Source: Thiotrichaceae bacterium (GTDB lineage: Bacteria; Pseudomonadota; Gammaproteobacteria; Thiotrichales; Thiotrichaceae). Taken from it: a DNA stretch of 64,000 bases. The position numbers and the translations under genes were made by a program. Where the stretch lies: NCBI GenBank assembly GCA_015490895.1, contig WFWY01000148.1:5522-69521 (forward strand). The letters run 5' to 3'. Positions 1 through 10,463 of the stretch are shown here, in pieces. Every line of letters begins with the position of its first letter. Positions within the stretch are counted from its first letter, which is position 1. The notes under the pieces are model-generated. The model was not told the origin of the DNA and searched no databases. It saw nothing but the letters and a program-made list of their open reading frames with translations.

Positions 1-651
1 ACACCGGGGCGCTTCAGCTTTAATGTCAAGGGAGGGCGTTGCGAAGCCTGCCGGGGTGATGGTGTCATCAAGGTGGAGATGCATTTTCTACCGGATGTCT
101 ATGTACCCTGTGATGTGTGTGACAGCAAGCGATATAACCGTGAAACACTGGATGTTCACTACAAGGGAAAGAATATCAGTGAAGTACTGGCGATGACAGT
201 TGAAGAAGCACATGAATTCTTCAGGCCGGTTCCCAGTATTTTCGCGAAACTGGATACTTTGATGGATGTGGGTTTGTCCTATATTACCCTGGGACAAAAT
301 GCGACAACCTTGTCAGGAGGTGAAGCACAGCGCGTAAAGCTGGCCAAAGAGCTGTCCAAGCGCAGTACAGGCAAGACACTGTATATTCTGGATGAGCCCA
401 CAACAGGATTACATTTTCATGATGTTGATCAGTTGCTTAGTGTGCTACATCGCCTGCGCGATGGTGGTAATACAGTGATTGTGATAGAACATAATCTGGA
501 TGTGATTAAAACGGCGGACTGGGTGATTGATCTTGGTCCCGAAGGGGGGAGTGGTGGTGGTCAAATCGTTGCCACGGGTACGCCTGAAAGTATTGCTGCC
601 CACAAAAAGTCGTTTACGGGACATTTTTTAAAGGCTTTGCTGGTGCAGTGA
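1..651 (+). CDS. uvrA: Excinuclease ABC subunit A (UvrA), C-terminal part; 5' end lies outside the window
   Basis: Frame 1 is open from nt 1 ([40 protein letters not shown] zinc-finger). It carries the [11 protein letters not shown] signature and [12 protein letters not shown] Walker B. The tracked ORF 73..651 is only the part after the first Met. Confidence 0.95.
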   Translation, partial: TPGRFSFNVKGGRCEACRGDGVIKVEMHFLPDVYVPCDVCDSKRYNRETLDVHYKGKNISEVLAMTVEEAHEFFRPVPSIFAKLDTLMDVGLSYITLGQNATTLSGGEAQRVKLAKELSKRSTGKTLYILDEPTTGLHFHDVDQLLSVLHRLRDGGNTVIVIEHNLDVIKTADWVIDLGPEGGSGGGQIVATGTPESIAAHKKSFTGHFLKALLVQ

Positions 652-688
652 GCATGGATAGAAACTGAAATACAAGGAAAATACAGAG

Positions 689-1225
689 ATGAAGAAAAAA
701 CAAGTGTGCAAACTATCTCCCGTCCTCTTAGTGGTGTTGCTTGGTGGCTGCACATTAAATGAGGGTGATCCACAGACTACACTGTGCCAGAAGCTGACTA
801 CGCACCTCATGAATACAGGAGAGGTGCAATGGGGGCAGACCAGCAAGACCCCAGGTGAAGACAGAAGTATGAATGTTACCATCCGTTGGGACAGCCAGGA
901 TGCTGAGGGTACATTGCCCATGCAGGCGACCTGTCGTTATTTGTCCAATGAAGATGATGATGGTCAGGAGTATGAGCTGAACATTGTTGAAGGTTATCAG
1001 TCACTACCTGATACTATCATCATTAATGGCCACCAGGTTCGGCAACAGGATTTATATACGGCTATTCAAAAAGTAACAGGGCAGGCGTTTAGAGAAACCC
1101 TTAGTGAAGGGCATCTCCGGAAAAAAGTGGGTGAGGCAGGTCAGGTAATTAAAGAAGGTAGCCAGGAATTGCGTGAGAAGGCAGGTGAGGTATTACAAAA
1201 AGCGGGTGAACACTTACAGAAATAA
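689..1225 (+). CDS. Hypothetical lipoprotein
   Basis: N-terminal signal peptide with lipobox (VLLGGC). The C-terminus has repeated GEAGQVIKEGSQELREKAGEVLQKAGE helices. No family recognised. Confidence 0.55.
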   Translation: MKKKQVCKLSPVLLVVLLGGCTLNEGDPQTTLCQKLTTHLMNTGEVQWGQTSKTPGEDRSMNVTIRWDSQDAEGTLPMQATCRYLSNEDDDGQEYELNIVEGYQSLPDTIIINGHQVRQQDLYTAIQKVTGQAFRETLSEGHLRKKVGEAGQVIKEGSQELREKAGEVLQKAGEHLQK

Positions 1226-1295
1226 GGCAGTATGAGGTTTGCCAGTTTTCTGGGTGCACACCAATACCCAGCGTTAGCGTCAGCTTAAAGTCCTA

Positions 1296-1338
1296 GAAAA
1301 CCACTCATGACTTAATCAGTCACAAGAGGCTCCTTAAG
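1296..1338. repeat. Solo right-TIR copy of the repeat family
   Basis: GAAAACCACTCATGACTTAATCAGTCACAAGAGGCTCCTTAAG. Lies between two convergent gene ends. Confidence 0.55.
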
Positions 1339-1355
1339 TATTGAATAAGTCCAGA

Positions 1356-1874
1356 TTAGTCAGGGCTTGATTTATTGTTGTCAGAAGCAACGGCTATAAC
1401 CGCAACAGCGCCTAGAATAAGCGGCATGGTTAGCGAAGAAGCGGTTCCAGCTGTTGCTGCAATCACTGTCCCGCTGTTTTTGGCTGCGGTTGCTACTTTA
1501 GTACCTTTACCTGCACTTGTTGCTGTATTGCCAAGAGCGCTACCTCTAATGGGGAGAGCGCTGGGACAGACCTCCAGGCTTTTGATGTGGACAAAGTGTG
1601 ATGGAGGCACTTCTACCTGACAGTTTTTGTTTATCCGCAGCGTTGCTCTACCGTTGTCACCCGTGGAGAATTGATCCCCCGGCTTCAGCTGCTGGTGTAC
1701 AACGACGGGTTTTACCCGGGTAACATGTGTTGTGTACACCTTGCCAGTTACTTTTTCAACAAGAGCATTTGCAGTAGCGGTCGTGGAGAACATAGCGACT
1801 ACTACGCCAAATATACCGATAATATGGGGTGCGTGTATTATACGGGAGGGAAATAATGTGTTGATGGGATTCAT
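1356..1874 (-). CDS. Hypothetical exported protein with C-terminal membrane anchor
   Basis: Signal-peptide-like N-terminus (IIGIFGVVVAMFSTTATANA). Beta-rich middle part is loosely FecR-like (GDQFSTGDNGRATLRI). C-terminal hydrophobic segment LILGAVAVIAVA. Confidence 0.45.
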   Translation of the reverse strand: MNPINTLFPSRIIHAPHIIGIFGVVVAMFSTTATANALVEKVTGKVYTTHVTRVKPVVVHQQLKPGDQFSTGDNGRATLRINKNCQVEVPPSHFVHIKSLEVCPSALPIRGSALGNTATSAGKGTKVATAAKNSGTVIAATAGTASSLTMPLILGAVAVIAVASDNNKSSPD

Positions 1875-2046
1875 GGTATATATCCTGTAGCTAAGGTTCT
1901 GATGAACTCAGGGTTCATTGTCTCGAGCCCCTCAATACGCCAGGTGCTGACAGCCTCCTGGTGATAGAAGTGAATCAATAAAAACATCAAAAAACACAAC
2001 TATACTATATATTCTTGAATATACTATATTTCTTGAAATAAAGCCA

Positions 2047-2095
2047 CATTTCAGCCTTAGGAAAACGATTGGGGCTTGATCAGAGGCTTCTTAAC
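2047..2095. repeat. Partial MITE copy (right end)
   Basis: CATTTCAGCCTTAGGAAAACGATTGGGGCTTGATCAGAGGCTTCTTAAC matches the right ~50 bp of copy A (ATTTCAGCCTCAGGAAAACGACTGGGACTTGATCAGAGTCTCCTT). Confidence 0.65.
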
Positions 2096-2223
2096 GGTAG
2101 TTGAATATCACTCTTCCAGGTACAGAAAAAAGACAAAGTGTAGAGATATCGGAATGAATGCCCTGGCAAGGATGTCGGCTGGTTATGACAGGGAGAGGCA
2201 GTAGGAGGCTGTCCGACGGCCTC

Positions 2224-3816
2224 CTAGTCATAAATACCATGTTCACGTGTCGCCTGGAATTCAACCCCGGGCCATTTCTCTTGCGCTAACTGAAGGTTTA
2301 CTCGAGTAGGAGCGATGTAAGTTAATTCACCGGCATGATCCAGGGCCAAGTGATTCGCGGCCTTTGTTTTGAACTGATCAAGCAGGCTTTCGTCATCGCA
2401 CGCAACCCAGCGTGCAGTTTGTACATTGACAGGCTCAAAAAGGCATTCCACGTTATATTCCGATTTCAGGCGTTGCTCGACCACTTCGAACTGCAAGACA
2501 CCGACCGCGCCAAGAATTAAATCATTGTTGCGTAGAGGGCGGAAAAGTTGGGTGGCGCCTTCTTCACAGAGCTGTATAAGCCCCTTAAGGAGCTGCTTGT
2601 TTTTTAGTGGGTCTTTCAGGCGGGCACGGCGAAACAATTCAGGTGCGAAGTTTGGAATACCGGTGAAATAGAGATCTTCTCCCTGTGTAAAGGTATCACC
2701 AATGCGAATGGTTCCGTGGTTATGAACGCCTATAATGTCACCCGCATAGGCATCATCGATATGCTCCCTGTCTGCAGCCATAAAAGTGAGTGCATCAGAA
2801 ATTTTGATAGCTTTACGGGTGCGGGTATGCCGGAGTTTCATGCCTTTGTTAAAAGTACCGGAGCAGATACGCAGGAATGCAATGCGGTCACGGTGCTGGG
2901 GATCCATGTTGGCCTGAATCTTAAACACAAAACCGCTGAATTTTTCTTCAGCTGCTGAAACTTCCCTGCTAGTGGTATCACGTGGCTGGGGAGCCGGTGC
3001 ATATTCAACAAAATCATCCAGTAATTCGGCTACACCAAAATTGTTGATCGCTGAGCCAAAAAAGACGGGAGTGAGTAGGCCTTTCAGGTAGTCTTCTTTG
3101 TGGAAAGTATGGCTGGCGCCTTTTACTAATTCGATTTCCTCACGCAGCTCTTCTGCTTGCTCACCAAGGAGTTCATCCAGGCGAGGATTGTCCAGGCTAT
3201 CAATGACCTCTCCTTGCTGAATATGTCCATCATGCTGGGCGTTATACAGGTGGATACTGTCCTTGTAAATATGATAGACCCCTTTCAGCCGCTTGCCCAT
3301 GCCGATAGGCCAGGTTATCGGGGCGCATTGAATATTGAGAATATTTTCTACTTCATCAAGTAGCTCAATGGGCTCTCGGCCCTCCCGATCCAGCTTGTTA
3401 ATGAAGGTCATAATGGGGGTGTCACGCAAGCGGCATACTTCCATTAGTTTGATAGTACGAGCCTCAACACCCTTGGCGACATCAATGACCATAAGTGCTG
3501 AATCAACAGCTGTTAGTGTGCGATAAGTATCTTCAGAGAAATCTTCATGACCGGGGGTGTCCAGTAAGTTGACTACACGACCCTTATAGGGAAATTGCAT
3601 CACAGAAGAGGTAACGGAGATGCCTCTTTGTTTTTCCATTTCCATCCAGTCAGAGGTGGCATGGCGAGATGCCTTGCGTCCTTTGACGGTGCCTGCTTGC
3701 TGAATGGCGCGACCGAAGAGAAGAAGCTTTTCGGTAATGGTTGTTTTACCTGCATCGGGGTGTGAAATAATTGCAAACGTACGCCGACGCGAAACTTCTT
3801 CCTGGTATGTACTCAT
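2224..3816 (-). CDS. prfC: Peptide chain release factor 3
   Basis: 530 aa. GTPase motifs [24 protein letters not shown]. Full-length RF3-like sequence. Confidence 0.95.
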   Translation of the reverse strand: MSTYQEEVSRRRTFAIISHPDAGKTTITEKLLLFGRAIQQAGTVKGRKASRHATSDWMEMEKQRGISVTSSVMQFPYKGRVVNLLDTPGHEDFSEDTYRTLTAVDSALMVIDVAKGVEARTIKLMEVCRLRDTPIMTFINKLDREGREPIELLDEVENILNIQCAPITWPIGMGKRLKGVYHIYKDSIHLYNAQHDGHIQQGEVIDSLDNPRLDELLGEQAEELREEIELVKGASHTFHKEDYLKGLLTPVFFGSAINNFGVAELLDDFVEYAPAPQPRDTTSREVSAAEEKFSGFVFKIQANMDPQHRDRIAFLRICSGTFNKGMKLRHTRTRKAIKISDALTFMAADREHIDDAYAGDIIGVHNHGTIRIGDTFTQGEDLYFTGIPNFAPELFRRARLKDPLKNKQLLKGLIQLCEEGATQLFRPLRNNDLILGAVGVLQFEVVEQRLKSEYNVECLFEPVNVQTARWVACDDESLLDQFKTKAANHLALDHAGELTYIAPTRVNLQLAQEKWPGVEFQATREHGIYD

Positions 3817-3832
3817 AATGCTGTGTATTGGC

Positions 3833-3867
3833 GGCAGAAACAGAAAAGGCCGGTCTATACCGGCCTT
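3833..3867 (-). terminator. Rho-independent terminator downstream of rpsT
   Basis: On the minus strand, a perfect 9-bp stem AAGGCCGGT / ACCGGCCTT (3846-3854 / 3859-3867) with a 4-nt loop. It is followed by TTTTCTGTTTCT. Confidence 0.7.
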
Positions 3868-3881
3868 AGAATGGCGTTGTC

Positions 3882-3945
3882 TTAAGGAGACTCTGATTTA
3901 AGTCTGATCAGAAAAACGAATCATGACCTGGCAAAGGCTTCTTAG
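3882..3945. repeat. Mini-MITE (64 bp: left TIR, short spacer, right TIR)
   Basis: TTAAGGAGACTCTGATTTAAGTC-TGATCAGAAAAACGAATCAT-GACCTGGCAAAGGCTTCTTAG. Confidence 0.65.
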
Positions 3946-3948
3946 TGA

Positions 3949-4209
3949 CTAAAGAGCGCGAATATGCTTATTTAAGCGACTTTTTTTGCGAGCGGCATTA
4001 TTTTTGTGAATGATGCCTTTATTGACCATGCTGTCAATGAAAGGAATGGCTGCGGCAAAAGCAGTTGCTGCTTGCTCTTTATCACCCTCGCTGATAGCGG
4101 CCTCAACTTTCTTGATGGCGGTACGCATGGTACTGCGATGGTGCTTATTACGCATTCTATTGTTTTCAGCTTGGCGAACACGTTTTTTGGCCTGTTTAAT
4201 ATTTGGCAC
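3949..4209 (-). CDS. rpsT: 30S ribosomal protein S20
   Basis: 86 aa, PNIKQAKKRVRQAENNRMRNKHHRS... GTG start at 4209 preceded by AGGAGA. Confidence 0.95.
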   Translation of the reverse strand: MPNIKQAKKRVRQAENNRMRNKHHRSTMRTAIKKVEAAISEGDKEQAATAFAAAIPFIDSMVNKGIIHKNNAARKKSRLNKHIRAL

Positions 4210-4226
4210 GAAAATCTCCTACAGAC

Positions 4227-4266
4227 TTCGATAAAAAAATAGGCGCGAATTATGCCTTTTATCGAA
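4227..4266 (-). promoter_or_regulatory. Leader hairpin immediately upstream of the rpsT ribosome-binding site
   Basis: 10-bp perfect inverted repeat TTCGATAAAA (4227-4236) / TTTTATCGAA (4257-4266). It encloses an inner AGGC/GCCT stem. On the mRNA strand the inner hairpin is followed by ATTTTTTTAT. Confidence 0.4.
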
Positions 4267-4647
4267 AGACATATCAACTCCTAATTGTTAATTGGGCAGG
4301 CAGTCTTGCAGTACGACGTGACTGCCCTGAGCCATCTAGAAAAAAACGGTTGTCAAAAATGAAAACCAGGCCCAGATAATAAAGCCTACAACAATCGCCA
4401 TGGGTATTTTGAAACCGAAATCTAACATGATGCACCTATATGATAATTTAAAATCGGATAATCCGAATGTTATGATATTCGAATATAGATGGCAAGCTGG
4501 TCTTTCTCGCTGTCGATCAGTTGCCTTGATGGTCTGATGAAAAAAAGTGGTAGCAGGATGCACTTGCTTTTTTCCCCCAGACAGTCGAATATTTACAGCT
4601 TCGATGTGCAAAGCATACACTCCACTACTGCCAACGGAAAAAGGCCT

Positions 4648-4911
4648 ATGAGCAAAAAAACACAGGAAACCCCAAGTTTTGAAGAGGCAATGAATGAGTT
4701 AGAGGCATTGGTCGATAGCATGGAAAACAGTACCCTTAGCCTGGAGGAGTCGCTGGAGAAGTTCGAGCGAGGAGTGCAGCTAACACGGCTTTGTCAGCAA
4801 GCATTGAGCAGGGCAGAGCAGGAAGTTCGAGTACTGAGCGGTGCGGATGATGAAACAGATTTCACCGAGCTGGTTCAGCAGGTACAGCCAGACAGTCATG
4901 GCATGGGTTAA
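4648..4911 (+). CDS. xseB: Exodeoxyribonuclease VII small subunit
   Basis: MSKKTQETPSFEEAMNELEALVDSMENSTLSLEESLEKFERGVQLTRLCQ is typical XseB. Start moved to ATG 4648 inside tracked ORF 4489..4911. The stop overlaps the ispA start (TAATG). Confidence 0.85.
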   Translation: MSKKTQETPSFEEAMNELEALVDSMENSTLSLEESLEKFERGVQLTRLCQQALSRAEQEVRVLSGADDETDFTELVQQVQPDSHGMG

Positions 4912-5804
4912 TGGCACAGCTCAGTACACAGCTAAAATATTATCAGCAGCGCATAGAAAAGGTACTGGATAGTGTGTTACCACCTGCCACAATCAATCCT
5001 GCACATTTGCATGAGGCTATGCGATACAGTGTTTTGGGGGGCGGTAAGCGGATACGCCCGCTTCTGGTCTATGCTACAGGAGAGGCTTTAGGGATAGATG
5101 CTCATATTCTGGATATCCCGGCAGCAGCCGTTGAGCTCATTCATGTCTACTCGCTTATTCATGATGATTTGCCCGCCATGGATGACGACGATCTGCGGCA
5201 CAACAAGCTTACCTGCCACAAGGCCTTTGATGAGGCCACTGCTATCCTGGCAGGTGATGCGCTACAGGCACTCTCTTCCTATTTACTGGCACACAGCCCA
5301 CAGTTGTCCATACCCGCACGGCAACGCCTTCATTTGATAGAGCTGTTGACCATGGCGTCTGGTTCTCGAGGCATGGCCGGTGGGCAGGCGATTGACCTGA
5401 TGTCCACAGGGCAATCCCTGTCAGAGCCTGAGCTGGAAAATATGCATATCCATAAAACAGGTGCACTGATTCGTGCGGCAGTACAGTTAGCCGTTGTCGC
5501 TGCAGGTGAGACCTCAAGCCACCGAAAAGAAAAGCTGGATCATTATGCAAAATGTGTAGGGCTGGCATTCCAGGTGCGTGATGATATTTTGGATATAGAA
5601 AGTGATACAGAGACATTGGGCAAGCCTCAGGGTGCGGATATAGCACTCGACAAGGTAACCTATCCGGCCATTATGGGGTTGCAAAATGCGAGGGAAAAAG
5701 CATTGCACTTATATACCGAGGCGATTACCCAGCTTGATGCTTTTGGTAGCGAGGCGGATAACCTGCGTAATATCGCAGATTTTATTGTGAAGCGTCTTAA
5801 ATAG
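4911..5804 (+). CDS. ispA: Farnesyl diphosphate synthase (geranyltranstransferase)
   Basis: Two Asp-rich motifs, LIHDDLPAMDDDDLR and FQVRDDILD. 297 aa. Sits in the conserved xseB-ispA-dxs order. Confidence 0.92.
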   Translation: MAQLSTQLKYYQQRIEKVLDSVLPPATINPAHLHEAMRYSVLGGGKRIRPLLVYATGEALGIDAHILDIPAAAVELIHVYSLIHDDLPAMDDDDLRHNKLTCHKAFDEATAILAGDALQALSSYLLAHSPQLSIPARQRLHLIELLTMASGSRGMAGGQAIDLMSTGQSLSEPELENMHIHKTGALIRAAVQLAVVAAGETSSHRKEKLDHYAKCVGLAFQVRDDILDIESDTETLGKPQGADIALDKVTYPAIMGLQNAREKALHLYTEAITQLDAFGSEADNLRNIADFIVKRLK

Positions 5805-5834
5805 ACCTATAGTAGTTCCCTCAATGGTTGTTCA

Positions 5835-7760
5835 ATGAATAGTAGCGTGTTAGACCAGATCCATACTCCTGCCGATATCCGTAAACTGGAGCCTGCCGAG
5901 CTTTCCGGCCTGTGTGATGAGCTGCGTGATTTTTTGTTAAGCTCGGTGTCGCAAACGGGTGGACACTTGTCTGCCAGTCTGGGGGTTGTGGAGTTAACAG
6001 TTGCCTTGCACTATGTATTCCAGACGCCTGGGGACAAACTGGTCTGGGATGTAGGTCATCAGGCTTATATACATAAAATGCTGACCGGGCGGCGTGAGGG
6101 TATGCAGGGTATTCGCAAAAAAGCGGGTATTTCCGGCTTTCCCAAGCGCGATGAAAGTATTTATGACACTTTTGGTACCGGGCACTCCAGTACTTCAATC
6201 AGTGCGGCTCTGGGTATGGCGCTGGCAGCAAAGCTGCAAGGCAGAGAGCAACAAAGCATCGCGATTATTGGTGATGGCGCCATGACAGCAGGTATGGCCT
6301 ATGAGGCGTTGAATCATGCCGGTGACCTGGAGGCCGATATACTGGTTATACTGAATGACAATGATATGTCAATCTCCCCCAATGTGGGTGCGCTCAGCAA
6401 ATATTTGACGCGTTTGTTATCAGGACGGTTTTATTCCCGGATCCGTGAAGGCGGGAAGAAGCTGCTATCATCCTCTCCTTCCATGCAGCGGTTTACCAAG
6501 AAAAGTGAAGAACATGTGAAAGGTATGGTGCTACCAGGAACGTTGTTTGAGGAGATGGGGTTTCACTACTTTGGGCCGGTAGACGGCCACGATGTCAATG
6601 AGCTGGTCACTATTCTGGATAACCTGAAACAGCAATCCGGGCCACGGCTTTTGCATGTTGTTACCCAGAAAGGTAAGGGTTATGCTCCTGCCGAGAATGA
6701 CCCCTGTTCGTACCATGGAGTTTCTTCCTTTAATCTGCAAGAAGGCCTGGTTGCGGTGAGTCATGCTCCCGGGTCACCAACCTACACGCAGGTTTTTGGT
6801 CAATGGCTATGCGATATGGCAGAGCGCGATAAAAAACTGGTCGCAATCACGCCTGCGATGCGTGAAGGCTCCGGTCTGGTGGCGTTTTCTGAGCGCTTTC
6901 CGGAGCGATATTACGATGTTGCCATAGCCGAGCAACATGCCATTACACTGGCAGCAGGGCTTGCATGTGAAGGTGTCAGGCCTGTTGTCGCTATCTATTC
7001 GACATTTTTGCAGCGTGCATATGATCAGTTGGTGCATGATGTAGCGATCCAGAATTTGCCGGTAATGTTTGCCATTGACAGGGCGGGGCTGGTCGGAGCA
7101 GATGGCGCTACCCATTCTGGTAACTATGATATTTCCTACTTGCGTTGTATTCCCAATATGATTGTGATGGCTCCAGCAGATGAGCAAGAGTGTCGGGATA
7201 TGCTTTATACAGGATATTGTTATCAGGGGCCTGTTGCGGTGAGATATCCGCGTGGTAAAGGAATAGGTATCCAGCCAGCAAAATCTATGCAACAAATTGA
7301 AATTGGTAGGGCTATTCAGTTAATGACGGGTAAAAAGGGAACCCGTATCGTGTTGCTGATGTTTGGTTCCTTACGTAAGGAATGTGAAGCAGCGGCGGCA
7401 GAGCTAGGGGCGGCATTGGTTAATATGCGTTTCGTCAAACCGCTTGATGAAACCATGATTCAGCAGCTTTGTAATGATTATGAGTTATTGGTTACTGTCG
7501 AGGATAATGCGGTTCAGGGTGGTGCGGGTTCTGCTGTCAATGAAGTGATTATGCAGGCGGCGCTATCTTCATCGGTACCTGCGGTTGCTCTCCTGAATCT
7601 GGGGATACCTGATCGTTATATTGCACATGCTGAGCGTGAAGAGCAACTGGAAGACTGTGGTTTGTCCGCCAGGCAGATTATCAGGCAGATCAACCGCTAT
7701 GACAATGGAAGATATTGCGCCCAGCCATTGGCTCCGATACCATCCGCTTCCCATTCATAA
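5835..7760 (+). CDS. dxs: 1-deoxy-D-xylulose-5-phosphate synthase
   Basis: 641 aa. [14 protein letters not shown] and the TPP motif [20 protein letters not shown]...LNDN. Full-length DXS-like sequence. Confidence 0.95.
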   Translation: MNSSVLDQIHTPADIRKLEPAELSGLCDELRDFLLSSVSQTGGHLSASLGVVELTVALHYVFQTPGDKLVWDVGHQAYIHKMLTGRREGMQGIRKKAGISGFPKRDESIYDTFGTGHSSTSISAALGMALAAKLQGREQQSIAIIGDGAMTAGMAYEALNHAGDLEADILVILNDNDMSISPNVGALSKYLTRLLSGRFYSRIREGGKKLLSSSPSMQRFTKKSEEHVKGMVLPGTLFEEMGFHYFGPVDGHDVNELVTILDNLKQQSGPRLLHVVTQKGKGYAPAENDPCSYHGVSSFNLQEGLVAVSHAPGSPTYTQVFGQWLCDMAERDKKLVAITPAMREGSGLVAFSERFPERYYDVAIAEQHAITLAAGLACEGVRPVVAIYSTFLQRAYDQLVHDVAIQNLPVMFAIDRAGLVGADGATHSGNYDISYLRCIPNMIVMAPADEQECRDMLYTGYCYQGPVAVRYPRGKGIGIQPAKSMQQIEIGRAIQLMTGKKGTRIVLLMFGSLRKECEAAAAELGAALVNMRFVKPLDETMIQQLCNDYELLVTVEDNAVQGGAGSAVNEVIMQAALSSSVPAVALLNLGIPDRYIAHAEREEQLEDCGLSARQIIRQINRYDNGRYCAQPLAPIPSASHS

Positions 7761-7786
7761 TCAGAGCGTGAGTAAAGCGAGTTGTC

Positions 7787-8167
7787 ATGGCTGCAAAATA
7801 TACTTTAAAAATTGTTACGGATTTTGCCTCGGCTCATACTTTAAGAGACTATCCGGGTGCCTGTAGCCGTATGCACGGGCATAACTGGAAGGTTGAGGCA
7901 GAAGTTGAGGCTGACCAGCTAGATGCAACAGGCATGGTTATAGATTTTAAAAGAATCAAGCAGGCAACCCGGGAAATTGCCTCCCGGCTGGATCATTATT
8001 ATCTGAATGATATTGAGCCTTTTACGGCACTCAATCCGACTGCTGAAAATATTGCGCGTTACTTTTATGAGGAATTGAGTAAACAGTTAAATACAGACAG
8101 CGTGAAGGTGTCCGCGGTTACCTTGTGGGAAACAGAACGAGCCTGTGTACGATACGCTGAAACCTGA
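7787..8167 (+). CDS. queD: 6-carboxy-5,6,7,8-tetrahydropterin synthase
   Basis: 126 aa. CSRMHGHNWKVE and the TLWETERACVRY C-terminus are typical of the QueD/PTPS family. Confidence 0.85.
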   Translation: MAAKYTLKIVTDFASAHTLRDYPGACSRMHGHNWKVEAEVEADQLDATGMVIDFKRIKQATREIASRLDHYYLNDIEPFTALNPTAENIARYFYEELSKQLNTDSVKVSAVTLWETERACVRYAET

Positions 8168-8279
8168 CAGGTGCAGCGGATAAGCGGAACGACTGTTGAA
8201 AATAACCTTGCATTCCCGTATAGAAAAAACCACAATATGACACGAATAAATAAAGGAACTTACCCTAGGAGACTGCCTA

Positions 8280-8915
8280 ATGAACAAATTTTTGCATGGA
8301 TTTTTTAGCTTTGGATGGCTAAAAGGGCTGGATTTTCTTCCACCGCTGCTTTTCCGTTTTTTCCTGGCTCCCATATTCTGGGTAGAAGGAAGTCGGCGCC
8401 TAGGGCTTTTCGCTGGTGATGATGTGGAATGGTGGAACCCTCTTACATGGATAGACGGTGCGGTTTATCAGCAGGGTGTTGATACCTTGAGCCAGGCACA
8501 GGGTTTTCTGTCGATTCCTGCTCCAGGCATTATGAATGGCGTGATCGGAGGTGTTGAGGTAGCTGCTGCCATTTTGTTGATCATTGGTTTTGCAGTCAGA
8601 TGGATTTCATTACCACTCATGGCGATTTTGCTGGTGATGGGATTGGCGGCAACAAGCTTTGGTACGGATCTGGTTGCAACGGGTAAAGAACTTTTGATGA
8701 CACATGGCTATATGACACCTGCCAATACGGGTATTACCTCGGCGATTACCCTGTTTTTGATGGTACTAGCACTATTTTTTATGGGGGCAGGTCGATTCTT
8801 TAGTCTGGATTGGTGGATACATCACAGTTATTTCAAGAAAATAGTGCGTCAGGAAACGGAGTCGGGTATTCGCCATGACCATGACGATCCGTTTGATGTT
8901 GATACGACTGATTAG
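8280..8915 (+). CDS. DoxX-like integral membrane protein
   Basis: About 4 hydrophobic helices. N-terminal LLFRFFLAPIFWVEG resembles the DoxX family. Acidic C-terminal tail. Confidence 0.5.
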   Translation: MNKFLHGFFSFGWLKGLDFLPPLLFRFFLAPIFWVEGSRRLGLFAGDDVEWWNPLTWIDGAVYQQGVDTLSQAQGFLSIPAPGIMNGVIGGVEVAAAILLIIGFAVRWISLPLMAILLVMGLAATSFGTDLVATGKELLMTHGYMTPANTGITSAITLFLMVLALFFMGAGRFFSLDWWIHHSYFKKIVRQETESGIRHDHDDPFDVDTTD

Positions 8916-9173
8916 TCCGGGAACAGGAAGCATATAGCGAAACGGGGGCTTCAGTCCGTTAAGTCGGGACTGATGTTCCGGCTCCATGAGTGTGTATCAA
9001 TACATATGAAGCTGCTAATAATCCCCAGCTTACTCTCTATTTTGTCCAAGTTGCGTTGAAAGTACTCATTTATTTATAAACCACGTGTTTGCGCCTTTTT
9101 CCTGGAAAGAGCGCGCAATTTGGAAGTTACGGATCGCGCTGGGTAGTTATTTTTGTGTACAAATCGGGTTGGA

Positions 9174-10463
9174 TCAGGAAGTAGAAGTCCGGTCGAATAC
9201 ACATTTTCCCTGAATAAAGGTTTTACTGCTCTTACCTGAAAAGCTCCAGCCTTCAAAGGGTGTGTTCTTTCCCTGACTGACCAGGTCGGATGCTCGTAAC
9301 TGCCAAAAGTCCTGGTTATCAAAGAGGGTAAAATCCGCTTTTCTACCAACCTGTAGCCTGCCCTGCTGGCTACCAGTGATTTCCGCAGGCCGGATAGTGA
9401 CACTGGCAATTGCCTGGTCAAGAGGCATACTTCCTTCTTCACTGAGACGAACAATCAGGGGTAGCAAGGTTTCAAAAGCTGATATGCCCGGTTCTGTTTG
9501 CTGAAAGGGAGCAAGTTTGGCATCAATTTCGTGAGGTTGGTGATCAGAGCAAATGGCATCGATGGTACCATCAGCAACCCCCTGACGTAGGGCTTCCAGG
9601 TCACGTTGGTTGCGTAGCGGTGGTTGTACATGGCAGAGTGGATTAAAGTCACTGATATCCATTTCAGTGAGGAACAGCTGGTGTGCAGCAACATCGGCTG
9701 TTACAGGGAGTCCGCGTTGCTTGGCTGTCCTTACAAGTGTAACGCTGCTGGCCGCTGACAAGCGGCACAGGTGAACGGGCACATCTAACTCTTCAATCAG
9801 GGCAATAATCTGGGCTATTGCTGTGGTTTCTGCGGCAACGGGTATGCCGGGCAATCCCATTCGGGTAGCGACAGGTCCTTCATGGACGCAGCCGTTACCA
9901 ACCAGGGCATGATCAATGGGGTGCAAAAACAGTGGCAGGTTATAGGTGGCAGCATAATCCATTGCCATGCGTAAGGTCCGGGTGTTGGAAAAGGGCTGGC
10001 GCTGATTGCTGACGCCGGTACACCCTGCATATTTTAAACCACCCATATTGGTTAATTGTTTTCCTTTCAGTCCCTGTGTAATGGCCCCAATGACGTTAAC
10101 CCGTACTTTTTTTTCGGCCCTTGCCCGCTTCATAATGAGGTTAACCATGGGCATGTTGTCGATGCTGGTTTCTGGCTCTGGCATATAATAGAGCTGGGTA
10201 ATGCCCGCGCTGACGGCGGCGAGCGCTTCACTTTCTATGCTTGCCTTGAACTCCTGCCCAGGCTCACGCAGATAAGCCGAAAGGTCAATCAAACCAGGAA
10301 AAAGCCACTGTCCAGCGGCATCAATTGTGTGGTCTGCGTGAAAGCTCTCGGGAGGTGTTTTTCCGATATGAGCAATTGTTTTTTCATCAATATAAAGGTT
10401 GCTGATGTCGTTGAAGCCGGAATCAGGGTCAATGATGTGAGCGTTAATAATCTCTTGTTTCAT
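9174..10463 (-). CDS. Dihydroorotase-like protein, probably the non-catalytic PyrC' partner of aspartate carbamoyltransferase
   Basis: 429-aa amidohydrolase/DHOase-like sequence overlapping the pyrB stop by 4 nt. The metal-binding D-x-H-x-H position reads DLSAY (nt 10272-10280), as in Pseudomonas-type PyrC'. Confidence 0.85.
   Translation of the reverse strand: MKQEIINAHIIDPDSGFNDISNLYIDEKTIAHIGKTPPESFHADHTIDAAGQWLFPGLIDLSAYLREPGQEFKASIESEALAAVSAGITQLYYMPEPETSIDNMPMVNLIMKRARAEKKVRVNVIGAITQGLKGKQLTNMGGLKYAGCTGVSNQRQPFSNTRTLRMAMDYAATYNLPLFLHPIDHALVGNGCVHEGPVATRMGLPGIPVAAETTAIAQIIALIEELDVPVHLCRLSAASSVTLVRTAKQRGLPVTADVAAHQLFLTEMDISDFNPLCHVQPPLRNQRDLEALRQGVADGTIDAICSDHQPHEIDAKLAPFQQTEPGISAFETLLPLIVRLSEEGSMPLDQAIASVTIRPAEITGSQQGRLQVGRKADFTLFDNQDFWQLRASDLVSQGKNTPFEGWSFSGKSSKTFIQGKCVFDRTSTS

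Noticed and set aside
2202-2226. GC-rich hairpin TAGGAGGC-N9-GCCTCCTA overlapping the prfC stop codon
   Set aside because: No U-tract follows on the prfC strand, so I cannot call it an intrinsic terminator. It may still be a stabilising 3' hairpin.
4336-4620. 94-aa minus-strand ORF between rpsT and xseB
   Set aside because: It overlaps the likely xseB promoter/leader and has no family resemblance. Only the last 30 codons (ATG 4428, GGTG upstream, hydrophobic peptide MLDFGFKIPMAIVVGFIIWAWFSFLTTVFF) could be a real small membrane peptide. The evidence is too weak to call.
9074-9454. 126-aa minus-strand ORF overlapping the 3' end of pyrC'
   Set aside because: It is in a different frame of the same strand as a well-supported gene, is Arg-rich and has no motifs.
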